This document shows positions 46,161 through 59,199 of a stretch of 64,000 nt of DNA, in pieces. The stretch comes from Paragordius varius. Taxonomy: Eukaryota > Animalia > Nematomorpha. The stretch is from the NCBI GenBank assembly GCA_964247055.1, contig OZ176057.1:5456001-5520000 (forward strand). The letters are read 5' to 3'. Below the pieces are notes generated by a model. It did no database searches. It was not told the origin of the DNA and saw only the letters and a list, made by a program, of their open reading frames with translations. The first letter of the stretch is position 1, and each line of letters opens with the position of its first letter. The translations under genes were made by a program, and so were the position numbers.

Positions 46161-48893
46161 GTTTGTGTATATAATGATTTAAAAAAGAGCATACAAAGAA
46201 TTCGAAGTAAAAATAAATCAACAAATCTCCTATCAAGACTAATTTTAACAAAATTTAAAAAAATAATTTTTTAAAAAAACGGTTAATCTAAACTTTAGAA
46301 TCAAGTTAAAATTATGTATTTATTCAAGAACCATTTTATAATTTCAAATCAAAATATTCTTAAACCTTATATTTCCCAAATTTAATTTATGGTTAAATTG
46401 AACAAATTTTTTACTGCCTACATATTTTACCTTGATTTTGAGATAACCTTTCTTTGAAACTTTCATCGTGATTGTTTGAATTCTCAAAAGTATTTCTCCA
46501 TACTAAAGTTTGGCCTTTATATGTACAAGTTGCTACATATCTAAAATAATAATACAGTAAAAATAAAGACAAAAACGTACGAAAAACCCTTCATTATAAG
46601 CTCTCTATCGCTTTGAGTTACAAATTAATAAGAGAGATGTAAATTGTTAATAATATATTATTTTTATTTCACAATCTTAATCGTAGACCAACAAAGTCCT
46701 ATTGCTATAACGTATTCGCAATGTTGGCTGGGCCATAAAAATACGTCGACGACAAAAGACAGTTTTCTAATGACTTTAGGCATGTGTGTTACGTTAAAAA
46801 TTGCCTCAAATAACCATAAAGTATAAATATTATGAATAAAAATTACTTTGTAATATGAAAACTCAGATCAAAAGCCTTACCCTTGATAACAATCTTAATC
46901 ATAATGATTATATGAAATTAATCAAATGATCAAAATATAGCTCTTTAAAAAAATAAATATGTCGTTTAGTAATATAGCTTTTATAATTTAATGGTTACTT
47001 AAATGATAAAAATATCAGAAATTCGTAAAAATAAACAATCTTAAAACTATTTTTTCAAAATTTTAAATTTTAAAAAAAACCAAAAAATAATTTTCAAAAC
47101 AAAATAACTTTGCATCAGGTGAAAATGTACAATTCAAAACGTATTGGTTCATTTGTTCCGTCTTGCTTTGGAAACAATGTTGATTCGTATTAAAATTATC
47201 AAAGCTTTGTAGTAATAAATTACCATTTTCATCATTACAATGTAAAACTTCGTCATCTGAAGTTGGTCCATCATTGTTTACAATATCCTTCTTATTTTGC
47301 CTTATTTGGGCAAAATTTTCACCGCTCTTTTTATCTAATAAAGCGATTAAAATTTTTGTTAATATTGTCAACGAGAACAAATATTTTATGTTAAAATAAT
47401 AGAGTGAATTCTTGTAAAAAATATTATTAAATTAAACTATATCCAAAAATTTAACTAAAACAAAAGAAAATAATTATAATAAGATACACATTGAAAAAGA
47501 TACCATGTATCAAAAATTTTGGATATAGTTTAATTTTATATCTTTTACGAGAATTCTCAAATTATTATTTTATTAAACTTTTTGTTTTTGAGTTTGATTC
47601 GGATTCAGAGAAACCAACAGTTATTTGATGTTGGGGCGAGCCAATACATTTTAGCGGAGTGCAAAATTCATACATACGGAGTTGAAGTGATTTATGAAGT
47701 GCCATATATAACACATTGGGAAGACACGTCCTAAGTCCACCATTGTAGGACAAGGTTGAGGAATGTGGTGATTTTTTCAACGATCTTATATGATGGCGAT
47801 TAGTATCTTGGCTAACATTCAAATTTAGGTTAAATATGTTGTTTGCCATGATATTATTAGTGTTGTTGTAATTAACAGAGTTTGGATGGCCAGTTTGATT
47901 TTCATTTTCTAAGGGTATTTTTAACAAATTAAAATTATTTACATATATACACCTCTCTATCTGACAAAACAAATAAAAAGTATACAGATTAATATATTTT
48001 GTTGTAAAGAAAACCATAAATTCAAGGATTTTTTTTCTATAACATATAATTACAAAATAAAACTATGTTTTCCCAATTTACAAGTCTATTTTAATTTCAA
48101 AACCTAATACAAAATTTTAGATTTTTAAGGGAATCAACGTTACAAAAATATTTGTATTATAAATAATAATGGTTTTATGTGCTTTGCCTTTATTGAATAT
48201 TTCAATTTTTATACTTCTGATGGTAACAAATAGATAAAATTTAATATTAAATTTAACATAAAATTTTATAATCTTTTTTCCATCATATTTTAGTAAATAT
48301 CAATGCAATTTTAAAAAAAAAATTAAAAGATGGTCAATAATAAATTTAACATACAGAAAAAATATACGAATAAAACGTAAAAATATAAAAAATATTTTTT
48401 AAAGACAGCCATTTTAAAACCTCAATTTTTCTCACATATAAGTTAGGGTTGGAATTATTTAGGCTTATGATGGGATTTACATTGTTTTTGATGTTTGTTA
48501 TAACATAGATTCGTATATAATTGTAACCTATATGGAAATTATTTGAAATGTGGAGAATATTAAAAAATTTTATAATCAAACAAATAAAATATAATTGTAT
48601 GATTTAATTTATTTAAAAGTTGCAAATAGCCACTTTAAATCCATGTTTAAACAAAATATATTTAAAGCAATTACCTAAAGCAGCCAGATATATTTCGTCT
48701 GCCGTAAAAAAAGAAATATTGTTAACTTGCTAAATAATTCAGATTATTAATTATAAATATATATTTAAAAAATATAAATTTTATGGTATTACTGATTCCG
48801 GATGCTGTAATGTGCGAAAGGATGATTGGAATCCCCGATTTTTAATAATCTCATTGAATGATCATAGCCAGTCGTAGCAAAAAATTTTACCAT
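44370..48893 (-). pseudogene. LST8: LST8 homolog, copy 3; a single 1-nt deletion in exon 1, otherwise open (may be the functional gene if that base is a consensus error)
   Basis: Exons 48893-48793 (101 nt), 48729-48675, 48527-48436, 47960-47619 (342 nt, in frame), 47410-47109, 46540-46431, 45030-44857, 44491-44370 (TAG). Confidence 0.85.
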
Positions 48894-49556
48894 TTCAGTA
48901 TGAGTATAAATATTGCAAATTTTTTCCACATATGTCATATGAGATACGAGAACCGCTGAGAATACTGGTGAGCAAGATATAACAAAACAAAAGTTTATCT
49001 TCCAAATTTAATACGGAATCAGGCTGACATCCGCATCAAATTGAAATTTTTAGTTTGTCACAATTCCTGATATGCATTAAAAAATCTAAAATATTTTCTA
49101 CTAAACGCATTCTAAAAACCATAACTTTTCCTAAACAAAATAAACATGTAATGAACCATTCTGCCCGAAAGAGTAATTTTCTACCTTGAAGCAAATTTTT
49201 GAATTTATGTATGTATGAATACCACCTAGATTAGAGAAATTCGAATGAAAATTTGGGACAACTTAAATAAAATGAGCTTATATCGTTAAAGTTAACGTTT
49301 AAATATAATTAATAATGTTGTATGCTATGCAAATATTTTTTGTCTCCAATAAAAATTAGACTTTATATTTTTATAATATGGATATATAAAATTTTAAAAT
49401 TCATTAAGGCTTAATTTATCCTTGTAGATTATACCAGTGAGTATAAAATTAAAGGTTTAATAAATTTAACTTATAGTTCTAATTTTATAAAATATGTTTT
49501 CTCATTTAGGGTTTTGCTTAATATATTATCCAGTTTTAAAATAACTCTTTTGCATA

Positions 49557-49593
<37 letters not shown>

Positions 49594-52500
49594 GTAACTT
49601 GACAAACCAAATCCTTCCATTTTATTTAAAAATCTTTTATATATATTAAGAGTATTAATTTCGATAACAATCATTTTAAATATAATCTATTATAAATATT
49701 TGGAATTAAATTTTATAATGAACACTTTATTGCTTACAAGTCATCCTTTTACTCTTAAACAAACAATCCCTCACCACTCGGCAGATTGTTGCCCTTATTA
49801 TTCCAAAAATAAACCACTTATTAGGATTTTGTGGAAAAAATACTATATTTTAAACATGTTTTTATTTAAAATCCTAAATGGTTTTGTTAGGAATCATATC
49901 CTGGTTTGATGAAAATATTTTTTGGATATATGCGATGTCCTAAATTAAATTTAAAATATTTAAAACAACAGATTTAGCAACTATCGAATGTTCATTATCC
50001 TCTTTTAATTAGGTAAAGGGCAAAGTCGGCCTGCTTCGCAGCCGGACTTCTTTAAAAAAAATGAATCAACTCTTATCCCTAACCTAACCCTGACCCAAAA
50101 TCGAGAGCCTTAAAGTTTTTCCATATAAAATTAAGTTTCTATGAAACATGTTTGACGGCCAAAACATATAAAATAATCCTACACATACATTGATAATATT
50201 AATTTATTGTTATTTTTTTCTTGACACCAGATGTAACTTAGAGTAATGGACAATTGTCAGGCAAATATTTAATATTAGTTCCTCAAAAAAAATATTTCGA
50301 ATGATTTTAACTTAAACTGCCATTAATATAGAATTAAAAAAGAAATAATTTTAATTTAGCTATTTTTATAAATAAATGCTTGTTTTCAAATATAGGCGGT
50401 CTAGTTTGGACAAAACATCCTAATTTTTAAGAATAATTAATTTTTAAATTAAAAAATATAAGGTTGAATAAGTTTTTATAATTTGATGATAAAATCAATA
50501 TGGAAAATTAGCAGATTACTTGCCAATACTTTTTAGGCTACCACAAAATTTTCATTAAAGTATTTAAAAATTATATATATATGCCTAAACAATATGATTT
50601 ATATTAAGGATTTTGATGAAAATTATAGGTAAACATGGTATATAATGTTTATAAGTGCTAATATCTAAAAAGTGTTTTGTCCAATGTTTTTTACTAATAC
50701 TAGCGCTGATCAATAATTATTTTCTAAAAAAATTGAACTTTTGTTACCTATCTCAATATTATTAATAAAATATAATTGGAATCTTACATTTAAGTACAAA
50801 AATATTCATAAATATAAGGTATAAGTAGTAAGAAAATGCGTGGGTCTCGGCCTGATTCGCAGCTCGAGGAAGTCCTGCGGACTTCTTTAAGAAAATGAAC
50901 CAACTCCAATCCCTTACCCTAACCCTAGCCCACATAGTCGAAAACTTACAGTATCATACTATAAACTAGAGATTGAAATAATTTACATTTTTTACCATAT
51001 AACCAAATATTTTTTTCCAAACTGTAGTAAAGAATATAAATGCCAACTGTTTTTAAAAGATTTCAATTCAGCTTATGAATAAGAGGAACTAATTATTAAA
51101 AATTGAGGTATCTTATGATATTTTTATTCAACATTAATATCATGTTTTCATTTGTTCAAGTTATTATCGTGTGGTTATATATAATTATTACATGAAGAAA
51201 TTCTTTTGATTGATTTTTTAAAAGATTTGTTAATTTTAAATTAAACTGTTTATTAATGCTTAATCATGAAGACATTATGAATGATGGAGAATTATAGTAC
51301 AGGCTTAGAAGGTTTCGCGAAAATTTTAATAATCCATTAAATTTAAATAAAAATTAAGATCCATTTCACAATTGAGAATGTTACATTTCTAAAGTGAATA
51401 AATGTTAAGATAGCAACTTGATATTATGTATTGATATTAAATGTAGTTTTAATAAAGGTAACTCTTAAATGACAAAGTTTCGGCCTTCAATTCAACTGAA
51501 TCCAAACTTCTTACTTTAACCCTTATCCCCACAGTACACAACTTGTTCTCAATCTTATTTACCATTTTATTAGTTGAGTTAAAACAAAATAATACCTTAT
51601 ATATGATTGATTCCTATTTTAAAATCAATATATAGTACTATTAATTAAGAGAGAATTATTATATCTAGGTAATTATCGTAAGCACACTTTGAATATTGTT
51701 TACCCAAATATAATTATCTGAGATGATTGATCTAATTATTTTGGATGGAAACTCAAAAAACGCAATTCAGAGCTCTTTGTTGTTGAAAGCTTATTATTAT
51801 ATGATTTCAAGATTATTTGATTTTTATATTAATTTTAAAAGGTTGCAAAAAGCATTTGAAAAAAAATCAAAATAAATAATTATAAATCTTTTAGATAATA
51901 ATCTATAAATTTCCTGAAAACATTCTTTTTTTTAAAAAAAGCCTTTACAATCACTAAATTATATACCAATCTTTATTCCTATTACACAGGTTAAAACTTA
52001 AATACTTCTATAAAAAATTATTTTTTTTAATATTGAAACATATTAGATTAATTAATTAATAAATTTTGATATTAGCAATTTGTGTAATCAAACATTTAAG
52101 TAAGAAAATAAATTCAAATTTCTCATTTATTATTACTACTTAATTGTTAAAATATTATTGCCATATTTTTTTAACATATTTTTCTCCGAATTTTATTTAC
52201 ATTTCTTTATAGGCGCCAGCCAATTATAACATTAATGTAATAATAAAGAATTTATTTTTAGATATGATGATTGATGGATGCTATAATAATAATAATATGT
52301 TTTATTTGAATGTGCAGATGGGGGGGGGAATAATAAAATAGAGGCGCCCAAACAATGTTGCGCAATAAAGAAAGAAAGGGACGGAATAAATAATAATAAT
52401 AATAAGAATAAGAGAGGGAAACGAAAGATATGTGAAACATTTTTCCAGAAGGGGGGAGAAAAAGGCGCAAATGCGCACATTAATTTGATTGGCTAAAAAG

Positions 52501-53581
52501 ATAGCATACACATTATGCCCTATATAAAGGGCGAAAAATTTACTTTTTTCATTTATTTAATTTTTTTTTTGCCTTGCACATTTTTTGAGATGGATGGATA
52601 GATTGGGTCCATATGCAATTTCCCTTTCCATGTCTTGATCTGTCCGGCTATACAATGTATGTGCCATTACTATATAAGGTAAATTGTTTTTATTTAATCA
52701 TTAGAATACCATTGTTAATTGAAAAAAAAGGAAACTGCCCAACAAATCCTAGAAAGACAATCGAGCACAATATAACGACAAAGTATTAACAAGGCTGATA
52801 TTATACGACTGGATTGGGAAAATACGTTTCTTATACAATTCTGATCAAACAATATATGTAAGTTTTGCATGTTTTATGTGATACAGTATAATTACAAATG
52901 TTTTGCTGGGTTTGCATTAAAATATTGTCAGTTACATTTCATAGTAAAGAAGATTTATTGACTTTTACAAGAATCTTTTCTTGCTTTAGCCATTACTTTT
53001 AAATTTACTTGTCTATTCTATCTGGCAAATTTTAACACAAACCTAATAATATTTTAATAATTATACTGTAATTTTCCATTTTTTTTAAAAACTAAATAAA
53101 TGTCTAATTATGATACTATATTGCTAACAAGTCGTTTTCTTAATCTTTTAAATATTTTTTTTCATTTGATTAAGGAAGATATAGAAAGTGAAATGTTATA
53201 ATTATTTAGATGCTTGCTTGTTTTGAAATCTAAAATATCCATGCAATTTAAAATAATTTTACATAAATTATAGCACTTGGTAACATAATTTTGTATTAAA
53301 TTTCTTTCTCTAAAATCTTGTAAAAAAATTTTGATAAGGGAGAGGAAGTGCTAACATATAAAGGTTACCTTATGTTATTATTTTTTAGGTGCATGCTTGT
53401 CCTATAAAATTTAATTTTTTAACAAATGAATTCATATTCTATATGGCTTAATATATGGGCATTAACTAAATTTTATTAGATTTTAAAAATGATGCTGTAA
53501 AAACCACTATTTTGTTATCATTTTTTTTAGGAAATTGCTGAAATTCCGGAAAAAAAATTTCAGAAAATTTGTTTAATTTAA

Positions 53582-53683
53582 TCAATTTTCCTTAAAATTT
53601 ATAAAAACTTGTATATAAATTTCTCGCGGCAGCCTCAATATTTTGGAGAACCGCGTGTTGGCCACCCCTCCTCGAAAAAATTC
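53582..53683 (-). pseudogene. Possible F-box-like exon
   Basis: EFFRGGVANTRFSKILRLPREIYIQVFINFKEN*. LPxEIxxxVFxxF fits F-box spacing, and 3 of 4 substitutions versus the other copy are synonymous in this frame. Confidence 0.4.
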
Positions 53684-53949
53684 CTAGTATATAAATTATG
53701 CACAACAAATTGGTTACTTTGGGTTTTCTGGCGTTTATTCATTGATATAACCTCTTCTTTTCATGTTTTCTATTTTTTCATACATAAAACTCCTTAAGGT
53801 AGTTTAAAAAGTAATAAAAATGGTTTTAAAGTTTCGCAAAAATATACTAAAATTATTTAAAACTGTTCAAAATTTGTTAAAAAAAGTGAGAAATTGTTTA
53901 AAAATCAATTAGAAGTTATAAAAATTGGTTAAAAGTTGTAAATTTCAAA

Positions 53950-55330
53950 ACTCGGTTAAAATTTTCTTTAAATCGGTTTAAATTTGCTAAAAATTTGCCG
54001 AAAATCGGTTAAAAATTTGTTAAAAACCCGTTAAAATATGTTAAAGATCGGTTAAAATATGTTAAAGATCGGTTAAAATATGTTAAAAATCGGTTAAAGT
54101 TTTCTTAAAATTTGTTAAAAATCGGTTAAAAATTTCTAAAAATTTGTTAAAAATCGGTTAAAATATTCTTAAAATTTGTTAAAAATCGCTTAAAGTTTTC
54201 TTAAAATTTGTTAAAAATCGGTTAAAATTTGCCAAAAATCGGTTAAAATTTTCTAAAAATTTGTTAAAAATCGGTTAAAATTTGCCAAAGATCGGTTAAA
54301 ATTTTCCAAAAATCGGTAAAAATTTGCCAAAAATGGGTTAAAGTTTTCTTAAAATTTGTTAAAAATTGGTTAAAGTTTTCTTAAAATCTGTTAAAAATTG
54401 GTTAAAGTTCTCTTAAAATATGTTAAAAATCGGTTAAAATTTTCTAAAAATTTGTTAAAGTTTTCTTAAAATATGTTACAATTCGGTTAAAATATTCTAA
54501 AAATTTGTTAAAAATCGGTTAAAGTTTTCTTAAAATTTGTTAAAAATCGGTTAAAGTTTTCTAAAAATTTGTTAAAAATCGGTTAAAGTTTTCTTAAAGT
54601 TTGTTAAAAATCGGTTAAAATTTTCCAAAAATCGGTAAAAATTTGCCAAAAATGGGTTAAAGTTTTCTTAAAATTTGTTAAAAATCGGTTAAAGTGTTCT
54701 TAAAATATGTTAAAAATCCGTTAAAGTTTTTTTAAAATTTGCCAAAAATCGGTTAAAATTTGCCAAAAGTATATTAAAATTTGCCAAAAATCGCTTAAAG
54801 TTTTCTTAAAATTTTCTAAAAATTTGTTAAAAATTCTTAAAATATGTTAAAAATCGGTTAAAAATTTCTAAAAATTTGCTAAAAATCGGTTAAATTTTTC
54901 TTAAAATTTGTTACAAATCGGTTAAAGTTTTCTTAAAATATGTTAAAAATCGGTTAAAGTTTTCTTAAAATTTTTTACAAATCGGTTAAAGTTTTCTTAA
55001 AATATGTTAAAAATCGGTTAAATTTTTCTTAAAATTTGTTGAAAATCGGTTAAATTTTTCTTAAAATTTGTTAAAAATCGGTTAAAATTTTCTAAAAATT
55101 TGTTAAAAATCGCTTAAAGTTTTCTTAAAATTTGTTAAAAATCGGTTAAAGTTTTGTAAAAATATGTTAAAAATCGGTTAAAAATTTCTAAAAATTTTCT
55201 AAAAATATCCTAAAAATTTTCTAAAAATTTGTTAAAAATCGGTTAAAATATACTTTAAATTTACTAAAAATCGGTTAAAAATATGTCTATAAATCCAAAT
55301 TTTCTAGCTAATAATAATTGCCTAAAAATC
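53950..55330 (+). repeat. About 32-bp satellite AAAAATCGGTTAAAGTTTTCTTAAAATTTGTT
   Basis: Tandem units built from 10-12 bp A-tract subunits; present only in unit B copy 2. Confidence 0.9.
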
Positions 55331-55528
55331 GGAAAATTTAAAAAAATGCTTAAATTGTAAATATTAATTCGCTCAATTCAGCAAAATTGTTTAAGAAAAA
55401 TGCCCGCAAATTGGTTTTTTAGATAATCACACACAAAACATATCATTCATTCTTAAATAGCGTTTTTTTAATTATTATATTGTATCGTTTATATTTATCA
55501 ATTTATATATTTTCATTATTTTTTTTAG

Positions 55529-55612
55529 AATGTGTTGCCTCAATCAATTATTTGCACAAAAACTGAAACGAATCGTAAATGAAAAAATTTTGGCTCGATA
55601 TTTCGGAATTTG
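55529..55612 (+). other. Exon-like segment, AG|AATGTGTTG family, paralog B version
   Basis: tttttttAG|AATGTGTTG, 84 nt; ends tttcggaatttg|GTAATT like the 7149 exon. Confidence 0.55.
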
Positions 55613-55823
55613 GTAATTTCTTTACAGTTTAATAATTCAAATAAGTAGTTTATTATTATATTTATATTAAACTGTAAAAGTTTATTTATTTAATAATATA
55701 CTTACCATTAGTTAATAAAACATTTATTAAAATATTTTTTAAAACATTTGTTTTTTTATTTGAGTTGTTTTGATATTTCAGTTTTTTTAATTTATCAGTT
55801 ATTTTTATTAAGCAGTTTTTTAA

Positions 55824-56404
55824 CACTTCGATTCAAATTGGGGTATCTAAATACCCCAGACTAAATTAAAATTAAAATTTTAAAAAAACTACCGAAGGAA
55901 ACGGTCCCAATTTAAATTTATGCTTCTATCCCGATAATTATTATATAAATATGCCAAATTATCTTGATAAAATTTTGTTTTGAAAAAAAAGTTCCATCTC
56001 AAACTACTTCGACGCCATTTTTATTTTACAAAAATTTTGCAAAATATCGTCTTCATTTAATTTTAAGGGTAAAACTAAAGCTTATTTTTATATAAATTAC
56101 ATCTAACATTGAAATAAATAGAAAAAGCGGTTTATTTTGTATTATTTTTTAATTTTACAATTTGACACATGTCACGTTGACTAAATTTTTACCTTTCAGT
56201 TTTAGCTCAAAATAAGTAATATCAAGTATTTTTAAATAAATTTTTTTATATATTTCGGTTTATTAATGTTATATAAGTGCAAAATTTTGCCATGGATTCG
56301 ATTGCTCCCATACTTTATAAAGTATTTGATTTTAAACAGGCCTGGGGTATCCAACTACCCCAATTTGAATCGAAGGACTAAAATGAGTGTGTTGCATCCA
56401 AGTG
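55824..56404. mobile_element. 581-bp MITE with TTAA target duplication (piggyBac-like)
   Basis: TTAA at 55820-55823 and 56405-56408; ends CACTT...AAGTG; inner TIR ttcgattcaaattggggta...taccccag / ctggggta...taccccaatttgaatcgaa. The left TIR is about 24 nt shorter. Confidence 0.8.
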
Positions 56405-56409
56405 TTAAT

Positions 56410-59190
56410 TTATCAGTTATTTTAATAGTTGTTTTTATTAAGCAGTTGTTTTAATTAGTTGTTTATATAATCATTCGTTTTTATTAATCAGTTGTTTTTA
56501 TTAATCATTTGTATTAATTAATCAGTTGTATTAATTAATCAGTTGTTTTAATTAATCAGTTGTTTTAATTAATCAGTTGTTTTAATTAATCAGTTGTTTT
56601 TATTAATCAGTTGTTTTTATTAATCAGTTGTTTTTATTAATCAGTTGTTTTTATTAATCAGTTGTCTATATTAATCAGTTGTCTATATTAATCAGGTGTT
56701 ATAATCAGTTGTTTTTATTAATCAGTTGTTTTTATTAATCAGTTGTTTTTATTAATCAGTTGTCTATATTAATCAGGTGTTATAATCAGTTGTTTTTATT
56801 AATCAGTTGTTTTTATTAATCAGTTGTTTTTATTAATCAGTTGTTTTAATTAATCAGTTGTTTTAATTAATCAGTTGTTTTTATTAAGCAGTTGTCTATA
56901 TTAATCAGTTGTCTATATTAATCAGTTGTCTATATTAATCAGGTGTTATAATCAGTTGTTTTTATTAATCAGTTGTTTTTATTAATCAGTTGTTTTTATT
57001 AATCAGTTGTTTTAATTAATCAGTTGTTTTTATTAAGCAGTTGTCTATATTAATCAGTTGTCTATATTAATCAGGTGTTATAATCAGTTGTTTTTAATCA
57101 GTTGTTTTTATTAATCAGTTGTTTTTATTAATCAGTTGTTTTATTAATCAGTTGTATTAATAAATCATTTGTTTTATTCATCAGTTGTTTTAATTAATCA
57201 GTTGTTTTATTAATCAGTTGTTTTATTAATCAGTTGTTTTATTAATCAGTTGTTTTATTAATCAGTTGTTTTATTAATCAGTTGTTTTATTAATCAGTTG
57301 TTTTTATTAATCAGTTGTATTAATTAATTATTTGATTTTATTAATCAGTTGCTGTTTTTATTAATCAGTTGTTTTAATTAATCAGTTGTTTTTATTAATC
57401 AGTTGTTTTTATTAATCAGTTGTTTTTATTAATCAGTTGTTTGTTGTTTTTATTAATCAGTTGTTTTTATTAATCAGTTGTTTTTATTAATCAGTTGTAT
57501 TAATTAATCATTTTTATTAATCAGTTGTATTAATTAATCAGTTGTATTAATTAATCAGTTGTATTAATTAATCAGTTGTATTAATTAATCAGTTGTTTTA
57601 ATTAATCAGTTGTTTTTATTAATCAGTTGTTTTTATTAATCAGTTGTTTGTTGTTTTTATTAATCAGTTGTTTTTATTAATCAGTTGTATTAATTAATCA
57701 TTTTTATTAATCAGTTGTTTTAATTAATCAGTTGTTTTAATTAATCAGTTGTTTTAATTAATCAGTTGTTTTAATTAATCAGTTGTTTTTATTAATCAGT
57801 TGTTTGTTGTTTTTATTAATCAGTTGTTTTTATTAATCAGTTGTTTTTATTAATCAGTTGTCTATATTAATCAGTTGTCTATATTAATCAGGTGTTATAA
57901 TCAGTTGTTTTTATTAATCAGTTGTTTTTATTAATCAGTTGTTTTTATTAATCAGTTGTTTTTATTAATCAGTTGTTTTAATTAATCAGTTGTTTTTATT
58001 AATCAGTTGTTTTTATTAATCAGTTGTTTTTATTAATCAGTTGTTTTTATTAATCAGTTGTTTGTTGTTTTTATTAATCAGTTGTTTTTATTAATCAGTT
58101 GTTTTTATTAATCAGTTGTCTATATTAATCAGTTGTCTATATTAATCAGGTGTTATAATCAGTTGTTTTTATTAATCAGTTATTTTTATTAATCAGTTGT
58201 TTTTATTAATCAGTTGTTTTTATTAATCAGTTGCTTTAATTAATCAGTTGTTTTAATTAATCAGTTGTCTATATTAATCAGTTGTCTATATTAATCAGTT
58301 GTCTATATTAATCAGGTGTTATAATCAGTTGTTTTTATTAATCAGTTGTTTTTATTAATCAGTTGTTTTTATTAATCAGTTGTTTTTATTAATCAGTTGT
58401 TTTATTAATCAGTTGTATTAATAAATCATTTGTTTTATTCATCAGTTGTTTTTATTAAGCAGTTGTTTTAATTAATCAGTTGTTTTATTAATCAGTTGTT
58501 TTATTAATCAGTTGTTTTTATTAATCAATTGTATTAATTAATTATTTGATTTTATTAATCAGTTGTTGTTTTTATTAATCAGTTGTTTTAATTAATCAGT
58601 TGTTTTTATTAATCAGTTGTTTGTTGTTTTTATTAATCAGTTGTTTTTATTAATCAGTTGTTTTTATTAATCATTTGTATTAATTAATCATTTTTATTAA
58701 TCAGTTGTATTAATTAATCAGTTGTATTAATTAATCAGTTGTATTAATTAATCAGTTGTATTAATTAATCAGTTGTATTAATTAATCAGTTGTTTTAATT
58801 AATCAGTTGTTTTTATTAATCAGTTGTTTGTTGTTTTTATTAATCAGTTGTTTTTATTAATCAGTTGTTTTTATTAATCAGTTGTCTATATTAATCAGTT
58901 GTCTATATTAATCAGTTGTTTTTATTAATCAGTTGTTTTTATTCATCATTTGTTTTATTCATCATTTGTTTTAATTAATCAGTTGTTTTAATTAATCAGC
59001 TGTTTTAATTAATCAGTTGTTTTAATTAATCAGTTGTTTTAAGTAATCAGTGTTCTTAATTAATCAGTTGTTTTAATTAATCAGTTTTAATTAATCAGTT
59101 GTTTTAATTAATCAGTTGTTTTAATTTATCAGTATTTATTAGCTTATTAATCATTTTATTAATCATTTGTTATTATTATGTGATTTTATT
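56410..59190 (+). repeat. Expanded 17-bp satellite with higher-order structure
   Basis: About 2.7 kb of AATCAGTTGTTTT(T/A)ATT units with recurring variant monomers. Confidence 0.95.
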
Positions 59191-59199
59191 CATAAGTTG

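Noticed and set aside
56410-59190. Functional Myb/E-box site array (CAGTTG in each 17-mer)
   Set aside because: A 6-bp match repeated by tandem amplification is not evidence of binding.
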